DNA of 61,290 nt from Candidatus Marsarchaeota archaeon (GTDB lineage: Archaea; Micrarchaeota; Micrarchaeia; Micrarchaeales; CABMGC01), in contig JAMCYP010000023.1 of NCBI GenBank assembly GCA_023476545.1, forward strand, positions 1 to 61,290. The letters are read 5' to 3'. Within the stretch, counting starts at the first letter, position 1; each line of letters begins with the position of its first letter. The notes beneath the pieces are model-generated. The model was not told where the DNA came from and did not search any database. It worked only from the letters and a program-made list of their open reading frames with translations. The position numbers were made by a program, and so were the translations under genes. Shown piece after piece: positions 19,338-27,998 of the stretch.

Positions 19338-19849
19338 ATCAGCTCACCCATCCTGCCCATTGCGGTCTTAGCCCTTGCCATGTCTATGCCGAGAAATCCA
19401 GCCATCTCAAGCATCTGCAGGCTCGACATCATCAGTTCCTTGCCGTCTGCAAGCGAGACCAGCGCAAAGGGAGCGTCGGCCATAAGAACGCTCCTGACAA
19501 GCTTCCTCATCTTTGACAGTTCCTGTATCCTGGCACCAGCCTGCGTGTTTGTGACGGCACTCATCGGTATTATGATCGGTTTCTCCTCGTCCTTCGCAAT
19601 ATCCAGCACCTTCCTTGTGACCGTCATGCCCTGCGGCAAGACACCGATCACTCCGTTCTGCTTGAGCGCCTTGGCATCAGTCTCCTGGCCGCCATTAGTT
19701 ATTAGCTTCGATCTCTTGGCCCAGTCGCCGACGCCTCTTGCTGAGATCTCGACATCGACTCCGCTCTTGAAGATCTTCTTGTAGCCCAGCCTGGGCGCGA
19801 GAGCGTCCACGCCAGCATCATGAAAATTGACCAGGTCGAAAGAGAGCAT
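19334..19849 (-). CDS. rnp3: RNase P protein component 3 (Rpp30-like), short form
   Basis: Start placed at the internal ATG (MLSFDLVNFHD) just after the cdc6 stop; the ORF-track start overlaps cdc6. Weak Rpp30-like C-terminal pattern, and adjacent to pop5. Only about 171 aa, shorter than typical Rpp30. Confidence 0.5.
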   Translation of the reverse strand: MLSFDLVNFHDAGVDALAPRLGYKKIFKSGVDVEISARGVGDWAKRSKLITNGGQETDAKALKQNGVIGVLPQGMTVTRKVLDIAKDEEKPIIIPMSAVTNTQAGARIQELSKMRKLVRSVLMADAPFALVSLADGKELMMSSLQMLEMAGFLGIDMARAKTAMGRMGELI

Positions 19850-19853
19850 GCTA

Positions 19854-21083
19854 TCAAGCTGGGGGTTTTTGCTGTTCGCCCTTCGCCTCGCTCTCTGCGA
19901 AGAGGCTCTTCTCAATCGTCTCCTTTATCTTGTCTGCCGGATATGCTAGCTTGATAAGCTTCGTGTGCCCTCGTATGCCCTTGCCGCTCTCGTACGTGTC
20001 TATAAGGCCCTGCATCTCCAGGTCAGCGATGTACTTGCGGTACCACCTGCTGCTCTTCGGTTCCCTGCTGAGCGTGTTGCTTATTCTGCTGTACTTGTTG
20101 TAGACCTCGCCGCTGAATATGTACATGTCGTTGCCGTCTGTAAGCTTCTTGTATCTGCTTCCCTGCAGCGAGAGCAGGGCGATGGAATAGAGGACCAGCT
20201 TCTGGTGCTCCGGAAGCGTCGATATGACGTCATACGCGACCTGCTCCTCGGCATCCTTCTGCGCCTCCTTGACATCCTCTTCGCCTATCTTGCTCTTGCC
20301 TCCCTCCTCGGCGACCTCGCCTGCCCTGGATATGACCTTGAGAGCCAGCCTTGCGTCTCCGCTCTCCTTTGCAGATATGGCGGCCACCAGGCCTATGAGC
20401 TCCTGGCCTATTACCCCGCTCTTGAATCCCTTTTCTGCTCTGTCCTTTATTATCGCGGCAAGCTCCGTGGAGTTGTACGGCGGAAAGGCGAGCTCGCGCT
20501 CGTAGAGCGTGGAGAGCGTTCGCGCATCCAGCAGCTCCTTGAAGTCTATCCTGTTCGATACGCCCACTATTGTTATGCCTCCTGATCGTATGTCGCTGTT
20601 GGCCCTTGTCAGGGTGTATACCAAGTCGTCCAGATCCTTAACCATGTCAATCTCGTCCAGAACGACTATCAGGACTTTGCCGTCCTCCTCTATCCAGTTT
20701 ATTATCTTCTCGTATATCTCCACGAGTCCGTATCCCCGCTTTGCTAGGAATGGAAGATGGTCACTGACTATCTTGCTCAGTACCCTGTACCTGGAGTTGT
20801 AGATCCTGCAGTTGATGTACGAGAGCCGCGCCTTGACCACAGGCAGCTTCCTGACCTCGTCTATCACGTGCCTGACGCATGATGTCTTCCCCGTGCCTGC
20901 CTTTCCGTATACGAAGAGGTTCCTGCCGCGCTCTCCCTTGAGCGAGGGGGTCAGCGCCTTTATTATCTCATCAATCTGTTTGTCCCTGAAGAGAAGGTTC
21001 CTGGGCAGGTAGTGCGGCGACAGGACCTCGCGGTCTGCGAATATCTTCGACTCCTTGAAAAGCTCGGCAAATTTCTCGTCCAT
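19854..21083 (-). CDS. cdc6: Orc1/Cdc6 replication initiator
   Basis: 409 aa. Walker A 'VYGKAGTGKTS', Walker B 'IVVLDEID', sensor region and a C-terminal winged helix. The start overlaps the Mrp gene's stop (TGATG). Confidence 0.9.
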   Translation of the reverse strand: MDEKFAELFKESKIFADREVLSPHYLPRNLLFRDKQIDEIIKALTPSLKGERGRNLFVYGKAGTGKTSCVRHVIDEVRKLPVVKARLSYINCRIYNSRYRVLSKIVSDHLPFLAKRGYGLVEIYEKIINWIEEDGKVLIVVLDEIDMVKDLDDLVYTLTRANSDIRSGGITIVGVSNRIDFKELLDARTLSTLYERELAFPPYNSTELAAIIKDRAEKGFKSGVIGQELIGLVAAISAKESGDARLALKVISRAGEVAEEGGKSKIGEEDVKEAQKDAEEQVAYDVISTLPEHQKLVLYSIALLSLQGSRYKKLTDGNDMYIFSGEVYNKYSRISNTLSREPKSSRWYRKYIADLEMQGLIDTYESGKGIRGHTKLIKLAYPADKIKETIEKSLFAESEAKGEQQKPPA

Positions 21084-21913
21084 CAGTCGCCCCCGCTAAC
21101 TAATTTTTTTGTTATTCTTATAAACTCTTCTTTAATCTCGCTGTCCTCAGATACAGGCACGCGCCCCGAATCGCTCATTGCGTTGAACTTTCCGTCGCTC
21201 TTCACTGTTCCAAGGTAATCGCACATCAACGCCTCAGCGACCTCCTTCGCCCCGCGTCCCTCCCCGTCAGACATGTTCTCCACGACGCCTATTATGGGGG
21301 CACCCAGCCTCTTTGCCATCATTCCCGACCTTATCGCATTCGTTGCGGCGATGTGCTGGGGTGTGGTCACGATCACGTAGCCGTCAAGTTCCAGGAGCTG
21401 CATTATTGAAAGGTTGGAATCTGACGTTCCAGGAGAGCAGTCTATCACCAGATAGTCCAGATTGCCCCACTCTGTCATCTCAAGGAACTCGGAGAGCATC
21501 TTTGCAACCATCGGCCCCCTCCATATGATCGGTCTTTTTGCTTCGTCCACGAACATCGCGGTCGAGATGACCTTCACTCCCTCCTTCTCGAGCGGCTTCA
21601 GCGGGTACTCTGGCTCTCCTGCGTCCTTTATGTTGAGGAACAGGTGCAGGTTTGGGCAGTCGATGTCTGCGTCAAGCAGCCCGACCTTGTATCCCATGTC
21701 CTTCAGTGTGAACGCTATGTTTACAGCGACTGTCGTCTTGCCCACGCCGCCCTTCGCGCTATACACTCCGATCTTGTGCTTTATACCAGAGAGCTTCTCC
21801 TTTATGCGCTGCCTTTGTTTTACCACGTTGAAGATTGACGGGTGTACGACGTTGACCTTCGAATTGCCTATCTGGACCTCCTGTTTTGCCTTCTCCTCCT
21901 CCATCTCCTCCAC
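21083..21913 (-). CDS. Mrp/NBP35 (ApbC) family P-loop ATPase, Fe-S cluster carrier
   Basis: Deviant Walker A 'SAKGGVGKTTVAVN', 'LLDADIDCPN' and 'IDCSPGTSD'. Confidence 0.85.
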   Translation of the reverse strand: MEEMEEEKAKQEVQIGNSKVNVVHPSIFNVVKQRQRIKEKLSGIKHKIGVYSAKGGVGKTTVAVNIAFTLKDMGYKVGLLDADIDCPNLHLFLNIKDAGEPEYPLKPLEKEGVKVISTAMFVDEAKRPIIWRGPMVAKMLSEFLEMTEWGNLDYLVIDCSPGTSDSNLSIMQLLELDGYVIVTTPQHIAATNAIRSGMMAKRLGAPIIGVVENMSDGEGRGAKEVAEALMCDYLGTVKSDGKFNAMSDSGRVPVSEDSEIKEEFIRITKKLVSGGD

Positions 21914-22056
21914 AGTAGAAATTGTGCATACTAATTCGCGCCGCTAGTATAATAAGGAATACCGCCGTCGCTAAGCAAAAGGTATATAATTATAGGGCAA
22001 CTAATAACCTTCAGTACTTTTTATTCTGTAAAACAACCAGTTTTATCGGTGGAAAA

Positions 22057-22752
22057 GTGTATCCAAACATACAAGCATATGATAGAGGAGTGATGTTCAA
22101 CCCTGACGGCAGACTCTTCCAGGTGGAGTACGCCAAGGAAGCTGTCAGAAGGGGAGGCGCAGCAATAGGCATGGTTACGAAGAGCGGCATCGCCTTCGTG
22201 GCTCACAAGAACGTGGACGAGCCTATGGCAGTGCTATCCAGCATGCAGAAGGTCTTCCGCATAGACTCACACATAGGGGCCGCGTACAGCGGAATAGTCG
22301 CAGACGGCCTTCACGTGATAGACGAGACGCGCTCTGCGGCGCAGAGCCACCGCATGGTTTATGACGAGGTAAAGTCGGTCGAGGCGATAGCGAAAGGCCT
22401 CTCGAATTTCATACTTCAGGCTACTTTCTACGGAGGCGTAAGGCCCTATGGAGTCTCCCTTCTTGTCGGAGGTATAGACACGGAGAAGAGGCTCTTCGAG
22501 GTTGGCCCAGATGCGGCACTGCTAGGCTACAAGGCCGACGCGATAGGATCAGGCAAGAAGATCGCAACAGACATGCTCTCAAAGGAGTACAAGGACGGCA
22601 TGTCTACCGACGAGGCCCTGGAGCTCGGAATAAAGATAATAAACAAGATCAACGAGGGCAAACTCGCAAGCGACCACGTTGACATCGGATACATAGAGGA
22701 GGGAAGGGAATTCACCATACTCTCCGAGCAGGAAATAGCAAAATACTTCTGA
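22057..22752 (+). CDS. psmA: proteasome alpha subunit
   Basis: 'AYDRGVMFNPDGRLFQVEYAKEAV' signature. I place the start at GTG 22057, which is in frame and preceded by GGTGG. The ORF-track TTG at 21922 would add 45 non-conserved aa across the divergent promoter. Confidence 0.9.
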   Translation: MYPNIQAYDRGVMFNPDGRLFQVEYAKEAVRRGGAAIGMVTKSGIAFVAHKNVDEPMAVLSSMQKVFRIDSHIGAAYSGIVADGLHVIDETRSAAQSHRMVYDEVKSVEAIAKGLSNFILQATFYGGVRPYGVSLLVGGIDTEKRLFEVGPDAALLGYKADAIGSGKKIATDMLSKEYKDGMSTDEALELGIKIINKINEGKLASDHVDIGYIEEGREFTILSEQEIAKYF

Positions 22753-22766
22753 TTGTTTGTGAAATC

Positions 22767-23453
22767 ATGTCTAAGACTGTCATAGCCAAATACATAATTG
22801 CTGGAGAAAGCTTCGAAATCTTTGTTGATTCTGACAAGGCTTACGACTACATAACCGGCAAGCTGCCAGACCCGCTCTCTGCGCTGGAGGTCGAGGACGT
22901 CTTCAAGGACGCCAACAAGGGAGACAGGCAGAGCCAGGAGAACCTGAAGAAGGCTTTCAACACCGAGGACCTCGGCAAGATCACGGGTATGATACTCAAG
23001 CACGGGAACGTGCCTCTCACAACGGAACAGAGAAACAAGCTGCTCGAAGAGAAACGCAGGCAGATAATCAACATCATAGCAACCAACGCCATAGACCCCA
23101 GGACGAGCGCGCCGCACACGCCGCAGAGGATCGAGAACGCGATGAAGGAATCCAAGATCTCGGTTGATGCTTTCAAGCCCGCAACCGAGCAGGTTGACGA
23201 GATAGTAAAGAAACTGAGCATGAAGCTGCCGCTCAAGTTCTCCACAGTGAAGATTGAGGTCACGATAGCCCCCGAGTACTCAAACAGGAGCTACGGGGTG
23301 CTGAAGCAGTACGGCCTAAAGTCAGAGAGATGGCTGAACGATGGCTCCCTCTTCGTCACGCTGGAGTTTCCGGCTGGCCTGCAGAGCGAGTTCTTCGACA
23401 AGATAAACAACGCGACTAAGGGAAGCGCGATTACGAAAATAGTTAGTGTGTGA
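22767..23453 (+). CDS. sdo1: SBDS-family ribosome maturation protein
   Basis: 228 aa with an SBDS-like N-terminus 'AKYIIAGESFEIFVDSDKAYDY'. Occupies the canonical position between psmA and rrp4 in the exosome superoperon. Confidence 0.8.
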   Translation: MSKTVIAKYIIAGESFEIFVDSDKAYDYITGKLPDPLSALEVEDVFKDANKGDRQSQENLKKAFNTEDLGKITGMILKHGNVPLTTEQRNKLLEEKRRQIINIIATNAIDPRTSAPHTPQRIENAMKESKISVDAFKPATEQVDEIVKKLSMKLPLKFSTVKIEVTIAPEYSNRSYGVLKQYGLKSERWLNDGSLFVTLEFPAGLQSEFFDKINNATKGSAITKIVSV

Positions 23454-24151
23454 ATATGAAGGTAATATTACCGGGAGACAAGATATCCGATAGCCCGGTC
23501 AGGACTGAGAACGCAATAGTTGAGAATGGGAAGACGTACGCCACGGTAATGGGAATGCTGGACGAGTCCAGAGGCGCTTTCATACCACTGGAGAGCATCT
23601 GGTACCCGAGGGAGGGTGATTTCGCCGTGGGCATAATAGAGAACTCGAAGAACAACGTGTACACCGTTGCCCTGGAATCGCCTTTCAGGGGGCTGATACT
23701 TCCTCCTCCCAGGCCAAGGTTCGGGGGCAGGGGAAGGTTCGGAGACAGGGGCAGGCCTCCAATGCAAGAGGAGCGCAGGGAGATTATGCACATAGGGGAC
23801 GTGGTAAGCGTATTCGTCAAGGAGGTGAAGCGCGAAGCGGACCAGGTAATACTGATACTTGACAGGCCTAAGAGGCTATTCGGAGGCAAGCTAATGGAGG
23901 TGAGGTCCTCGAAGGTGCCCAGGATAATAGGCAAGGATAGCACTATGCTGAGACAGCTTGAGGATGGCACAAGGTGCACGATACTTGTAGGGCTGAACGG
24001 TCTCATATGGCTGAAGGGCGAGAACGTGCCTCTTGCACAGAAGGCGATATGGAAGATACAGGAGGAGGCGCACGTGAGCGGACTCACAGAGAGGATAACA
24101 GAGCTGCTTGCGGGAAACGATAACGGGAACAGCAACAATGAGGGTAGATGA
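23450..24151 (+). CDS. rrp4: exosome RNA-binding subunit Rrp4 (S1 + KH)
   Basis: N-terminal 'VILPGD', S1 region 'GDFAVGII...', KH region 'VPRIIGKDSTMLRQLEDGTRCTILVGLNGLIW'. Contains an RGG-like insert. Starts at GTG 23450 or ATG 23456. Confidence 0.9.
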   Translation: MNMKVILPGDKISDSPVRTENAIVENGKTYATVMGMLDESRGAFIPLESIWYPREGDFAVGIIENSKNNVYTVALESPFRGLILPPPRPRFGGRGRFGDRGRPPMQEERREIMHIGDVVSVFVKEVKREADQVILILDRPKRLFGGKLMEVRSSKVPRIIGKDSTMLRQLEDGTRCTILVGLNGLIWLKGENVPLAQKAIWKIQEEAHVSGLTERITELLAGNDNGNSNNEGR

Positions 24152-24873
24152 ATATGGGAGGTTCACAAGATAAACCACAGCTCATAATAGATGGCAAGAG
24201 AACTGACGGCAGGGCTCCCGGCGAGCTCAGGCCGATAAAGATAGAGGCGGGAGTGGTGAAGAACGCCAAAGGCTCCGCATACCTGGAATGGGGGAACAAC
24301 AAGGTACTGGCGGCGGTCTACGGACCGAAGGAGGCACAGCCGAAGCACATAGCAGACCCTAACAAGGCGATAATAAAATGCAGGTACCAGATGGCGCCGT
24401 TCTCCTCTCTCGAGGAGCACAACAGGTCCGGTCCGAACAGGCGTGCCATAGAGATATCGAAGGTCACCAAGGAGGTATTCGAGAACGTCATACTGCTTGA
24501 CGACTTCCCGGGATGCGAGATAGACGTCTTCGTGGAGGTGCTGCAGAGCGACGGCGGCACAAGGGCTGCAGGAATCACCGCGGCGGCTGTCGCAGTGGCG
24601 AGCAGCGGCATACCAATGCGCGACATACCTTACGCTGTGTCCGCGGGGAAGGCGGGCGATAGCATACTCCTTGATCTCAACAAACTAGAGGACAACTACT
24701 CAGATGCAGACATGCCTGTGGCCATAGCCCCGAGGGAAGGAGAGATACTCCTGCTCCAGATGGACGGCAACCTGACCAAGGAACAGACGATACAGGCCCT
24801 TGACATGATAAAGAAAGCGGGAGAGACCATAGTGAAGATACAGCGGGATGCGCTGGAGGCGAAGTACAGGTAG
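24148..24873 (+). CDS. rrp41: exosome catalytic subunit Rrp41 (RNase PH-like)
   Basis: 'DGKRTDGRAPGELRPIKIEAGV...GSAYLEWGNNKVLAAVYGP' and 'QSDGGTRAAGITAAAVA'. Confidence 0.92.
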   Translation: MNMGGSQDKPQLIIDGKRTDGRAPGELRPIKIEAGVVKNAKGSAYLEWGNNKVLAAVYGPKEAQPKHIADPNKAIIKCRYQMAPFSSLEEHNRSGPNRRAIEISKVTKEVFENVILLDDFPGCEIDVFVEVLQSDGGTRAAGITAAAVAVASSGIPMRDIPYAVSAGKAGDSILLDLNKLEDNYSDADMPVAIAPREGEILLLQMDGNLTKEQTIQALDMIKKAGETIVKIQRDALEAKYR

Positions 24874-25662
24874 GTGATTGCAATGGTAGGAGAGAACGAA
24901 GAGTATATGCTTGAATTGCTCGGGAAGGGAAAGCGCGAGCAAGAGAGGGACAAGATGCAGTACAGGGACATAAAGATAGAGATGGGCAAGATACCTCACG
25001 CGGAAGGCTCTGCGCAGGTAGACATAGGAGACACCAGGGTCCTCGCGGGCGTGAAGATCGCAGTAGGCGCCCCGCTTCCTGACAAGCCGGATGAGGGCGC
25101 GCTGATAACAGGAGCGGAACTCCTTCCTCTGGCATCATCCACGTACGAGCCAGGACCCCCGACCCCCGAGGCGATAGAGTTCGCCAGGGTTGTTGACAGG
25201 GGCATAAGGGCCGCAGAAGTCGTGGATCTAAAGTCATTGTTCATAGAGGAGGGCAAGGTCTGGAGCACGTTCGTTGACATATACGTGCTCAACTACGACG
25301 GCAATCTCTTCGATGCAGGAACCCTGGCATCAACAGCAGCGCTTCTTTCCGCGCGCATGCCTAAGTACGAGGACGGCAACGTGATAAGAGAGGGTAACCT
25401 TGGCAAGCTGAAGACGTCTGGCAAGGTTACTTCGTGCACGTTCGCGAAGGTCGGAAATACCATACTCCTCGATCCCAGCGGCAACGAGGAGAAGGTAATG
25501 GCAGGAAGGATGACGATAGCAAACGACGAGAACGTGATAAGGGCAATGCAGAAGGGACTCAGAGGCGCATTCAGCTATTCCGAGCTTTCAAGCATGATGG
25601 ACACAACATTTGATAAGTCTAAGCAGCTAAGGGATATACTGAACAAGGCGGTAGGCGAATAG
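24874..25662 (+). CDS. rrp42: exosome subunit Rrp42 (RNase PH-like, non-catalytic)
   Basis: 262 aa RNase PH fold ('AEGSAQVDIGDTRVLAGV'), directly after rrp41. Starts at GTG 24874 or ATG 24883. Confidence 0.88.
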   Translation: MIAMVGENEEYMLELLGKGKREQERDKMQYRDIKIEMGKIPHAEGSAQVDIGDTRVLAGVKIAVGAPLPDKPDEGALITGAELLPLASSTYEPGPPTPEAIEFARVVDRGIRAAEVVDLKSLFIEEGKVWSTFVDIYVLNYDGNLFDAGTLASTAALLSARMPKYEDGNVIREGNLGKLKTSGKVTSCTFAKVGNTILLDPSGNEEKVMAGRMTIANDENVIRAMQKGLRGAFSYSELSSMMDTTFDKSKQLRDILNKAVGE

Positions 25663-25663
25663 C

Positions 25664-25906
25664 ATGGCAAACTGGAGCACCAGATACGGAGTCAATCTCA
25701 GGAAGAGATACCTGGCAATATCCAAGGAGAAGAAGACCGCTTACGAATGCGATGTCTGCGGCAAGGCAGCCGTCAGGCGCCTGAGCACTGGAATATGGAA
25801 GTGCAAGCACTGCGGTGCAACCTTCGCTGGCGGCGCTTACAGCCTCAAGACCGAGGTGGGAAGGACGGTTGAACGCCTTCTCGGCCAGCTGAAGAAGGGC
25901 GATTGA
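25664..25906 (+). CDS. rpl37ae: ribosomal protein L37Ae (eL43)
   Basis: 80 aa with a C4 zinc ribbon: 'YECDVCGKAAVRRLSTGIWKCKHCGATFAGGAY'. Confidence 0.93.
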   Translation: MANWSTRYGVNLRKRYLAISKEKKTAYECDVCGKAAVRRLSTGIWKCKHCGATFAGGAYSLKTEVGRTVERLLGQLKKGD

Positions 25907-26278
25907 TTGGTAAAGGTCCTGTTCTCTCCAGCAACAGAGCTCATCATACACGAGGCGGTGGAGGTCACGAAGGACGATCTCCTGCTCGAGAGGATAACGC
26001 CTCAGGGCAACCTGCCGCTGTACTGGTGCAACGGCATCCTCTTCAGCTTCTCCTCAGTTCCGATGACAGAGGAGATAGTCAGGGAGTACCTGAAGGGCAG
26101 GATACACTGGCTGGAGGTGCACTTCACCAGGATGGACAAGTACGTGCCCGTGATCACGTTCGAATCTGCGGAATATAAGTCGACAATGAACGTCAAGATC
26201 ATAGACACAAGCGCATCAGAGCTTCACAAGGAGTTCATCTCGTGGCTCAAGAGCAACGCCAAGAAGAAGGCCCAGTAG
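25907..26278 (+). CDS. hypothetical protein (last + strand gene of the exosome operon segment)
   Basis: 123 aa. The TTG start directly abuts the L37Ae TGA. No recognisable motif. It does not look like the Brix protein usually found in this position. Confidence 0.5.
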   Translation: MVKVLFSPATELIIHEAVEVTKDDLLLERITPQGNLPLYWCNGILFSFSSVPMTEEIVREYLKGRIHWLEVHFTRMDKYVPVITFESAEYKSTMNVKIIDTSASELHKEFISWLKSNAKKKAQ

Positions 26279-27760
26279 TCAGTAATAGCCTTCCGATCTC
26301 ATTCGCGCTCCCAGGGCGTCAAGCACGATCTTTATCCTAGGTTCCTGTTTCGATACCTCAGCGTAGAGCCTGCCGCTAGCCCCATCGTTCCTGAACCCCT
26401 TCAGCGCGTCCAGCAGCGGCGTGACTGGATGGCGGCCGTACGTAACTCGGAAGCTGTCGTCTCCTACAAGCCTGCTCCTTATCGGTTTCATCGCTTCTAG
26501 AGTCAGCTCACCGTGAGATTCCTTGGAGAAGAGTTCTGTGTGTGATGCGTTTATCGCTCTTAGTTCTTCAATAACAACATCCAGCGCTCTCTTCTCAGCA
26601 GCGGATATCAGCTCTTTCTTGAGCGTTGCCAGACCAGCTACAATAGACACGGGCACGGTCTTCTCCCTGTAATCGTTAAACTCAAAGCTGCTGATCAAAG
26701 AGGGAGCAGACTTCTGTGGCTGTGCCGCTTGGTCCCTTCTGGCCGAGTCCAAAGCTGGCGGCGCCGTTCGCACAGGTCGAGTCTGCGCAGCACCGTCGCC
26801 GTCTGTCTTTTTCGACACAGCTTGCGGGCCCCGTTTGTTTCTCGATATGCCGTTCTTCTTCATGTGGTATACGAAATCCGTATAGGCTATGTCCTTGCCC
26901 TCCTCCGACTTGGTGAGGCGTTTCATCTCAGCCGCATTGGTTATGCTCCTCGCGATGAAGGCGTTTATCCTAGCAAGCATCTCTGCGTTCTTCTTCTCTC
27001 TTTCCATGCCTATGCGGTTCTTCTTTCTAACCAGCCCCGCATCGCCCACTCCATTCTCAAGTGGGATACCGAGAGACTCACACATCTTGGTTATCTCTCC
27101 CTGTCTGCGTCTTATGTGGTACTTTACGGTAGAAGCGGATATAGTGCCTATCTCCTCAGCTATGCCTGCCGCATCAAGCACAACTCTGTCTTGCAGGCTC
27201 TCTTCTACATGGTGCTTGATCTTCTCCCATGTAGCGTTGCCTTTTGCGTTTCCGACCCGCGTGGAGCCTTCTTCTTTTACGCGCTCGAGCCCCATGGTCC
27301 TGAAGTACTTCTCAATGCTCGCCTGGCCTGCGCCCAAAAGCGTGGCAATAGTGCTGGGGTCCTTGATGCCGTAGCTTTCGTAAAGCTCGCGTATCTGCCT
27401 CTTCGTCCTGCCCCATTCCCTAGATAGCGCCCATCTTTCCGGGTGGATTCTTATATCTTCGCGCGCTCTCCGCACCGAGCTCATCTTTTCCTCCGCTGCT
27501 GCGCTTTCCACGGCCTTCGCGATCACAGGCTCGTTTGTGAGGAAGCCGTCCCTTCTTAGCGTCTCCTTGTCTATGTGCTGATCGCCTACGTAGCTCTCCT
27601 TGTCAACTAGATAGACGGCATAGGTGACCTTCGTCTCGGTCTCCCCTCTCTTGAGGAAGAAGACCATCTCAGGAGGAACAAAAGAGCTTCCGCTGTCGCG
27701 TTCCTTCTGCGCCTGTTCTGGCTTGCTCCCAACCCTCTTTTCCTCTGTAGATCCGGACAT
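26279..27760 (-). CDS. hypothetical multi-HTH protein, unknown family
   Basis: 493 aa with at least three HTH-like modules: 'STIATLLGAGQASIEKYFRTMGL', 'DAAGIAEEIGTISASTVKYHIRRRQ' and 'AEMKRLTKSEEGKDIAYTDFVYHMKKNGI'. A low-complexity Pro/Ala/Gln linker leads to a ~150-aa C-terminal domain with no motif I know. Confidence 0.6.
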   Translation of the reverse strand: MSGSTEEKRVGSKPEQAQKERDSGSSFVPPEMVFFLKRGETETKVTYAVYLVDKESYVGDQHIDKETLRRDGFLTNEPVIAKAVESAAAEEKMSSVRRAREDIRIHPERWALSREWGRTKRQIRELYESYGIKDPSTIATLLGAGQASIEKYFRTMGLERVKEEGSTRVGNAKGNATWEKIKHHVEESLQDRVVLDAAGIAEEIGTISASTVKYHIRRRQGEITKMCESLGIPLENGVGDAGLVRKKNRIGMEREKKNAEMLARINAFIARSITNAAEMKRLTKSEEGKDIAYTDFVYHMKKNGISRNKRGPQAVSKKTDGDGAAQTRPVRTAPPALDSARRDQAAQPQKSAPSLISSFEFNDYREKTVPVSIVAGLATLKKELISAAEKRALDVVIEELRAINASHTELFSKESHGELTLEAMKPIRSRLVGDDSFRVTYGRHPVTPLLDALKGFRNDGASGRLYAEVSKQEPRIKIVLDALGARMRSEGYY

Positions 27761-27860
27761 GTGGTCACTACCGCTTGCGCCTGCCCCCTTAAAAACATGT
27801 GTGTTATTTCCGCCTGTAAGCTTTAAATAGAAGTTCCGGCCTATGAATTGCCGTATTGCT

Positions 27861-27995
27861 ATGGCTTACGTTTGCGTGCACTGCAAGAGAGAGATCAAGT
27901 CGCTGGAGAAGAGCTTCGTCAGGTGCCCCTATTGCGGATACAGGGTCCTCGGAAAGAAGAGATCGTCGCTCGCAAAGGACGTTCCTACCGACTGA
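27861..27995 (+). CDS. rpoP: DNA-directed RNA polymerase subunit P (Rpo12)
   Basis: Not in the ORF track (44 aa). My translation is MAYVCVHCKREIKSLEKSFVRCPYCGYRVLGKKRSSLAKDVPTD, with the classic CxxC...'RCPYCGY' zinc ribbon. An alternative in-frame ATG lies at 27843. Confidence 0.85.
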   Translation: MAYVCVHCKREIKSLEKSFVRCPYCGYRVLGKKRSSLAKDVPTD

Positions 27996-27998
27996 GCT

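Noticed and set aside
21922-22056. 45-codon N-terminal extension of the proteasome alpha ORF
   Set aside because: The extension covers the AT-rich divergent promoter region and has no similarity to PsmA N-termini. The conserved sequence begins right after GTG 22057.
21914-22056. Possible replication origin in the mrp/psmA intergenic region near cdc6
   Set aside because: It is only 143 nt. I could find no ORB or mini-ORB-like inverted repeats or a duplex-unwinding element by eye. It looks like an ordinary divergent promoter with TATA-like boxes.
24871-24876. rrp41 TAG immediately followed in frame by the rrp42 GTG, which could suggest read-through as at dp1/dp2
   Set aside because: Rrp42 has its own canonical start codons (GTG 24874, ATG 24883) right at the junction, and no conserved sequence is left uncovered. 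Simple tight packing explains it.
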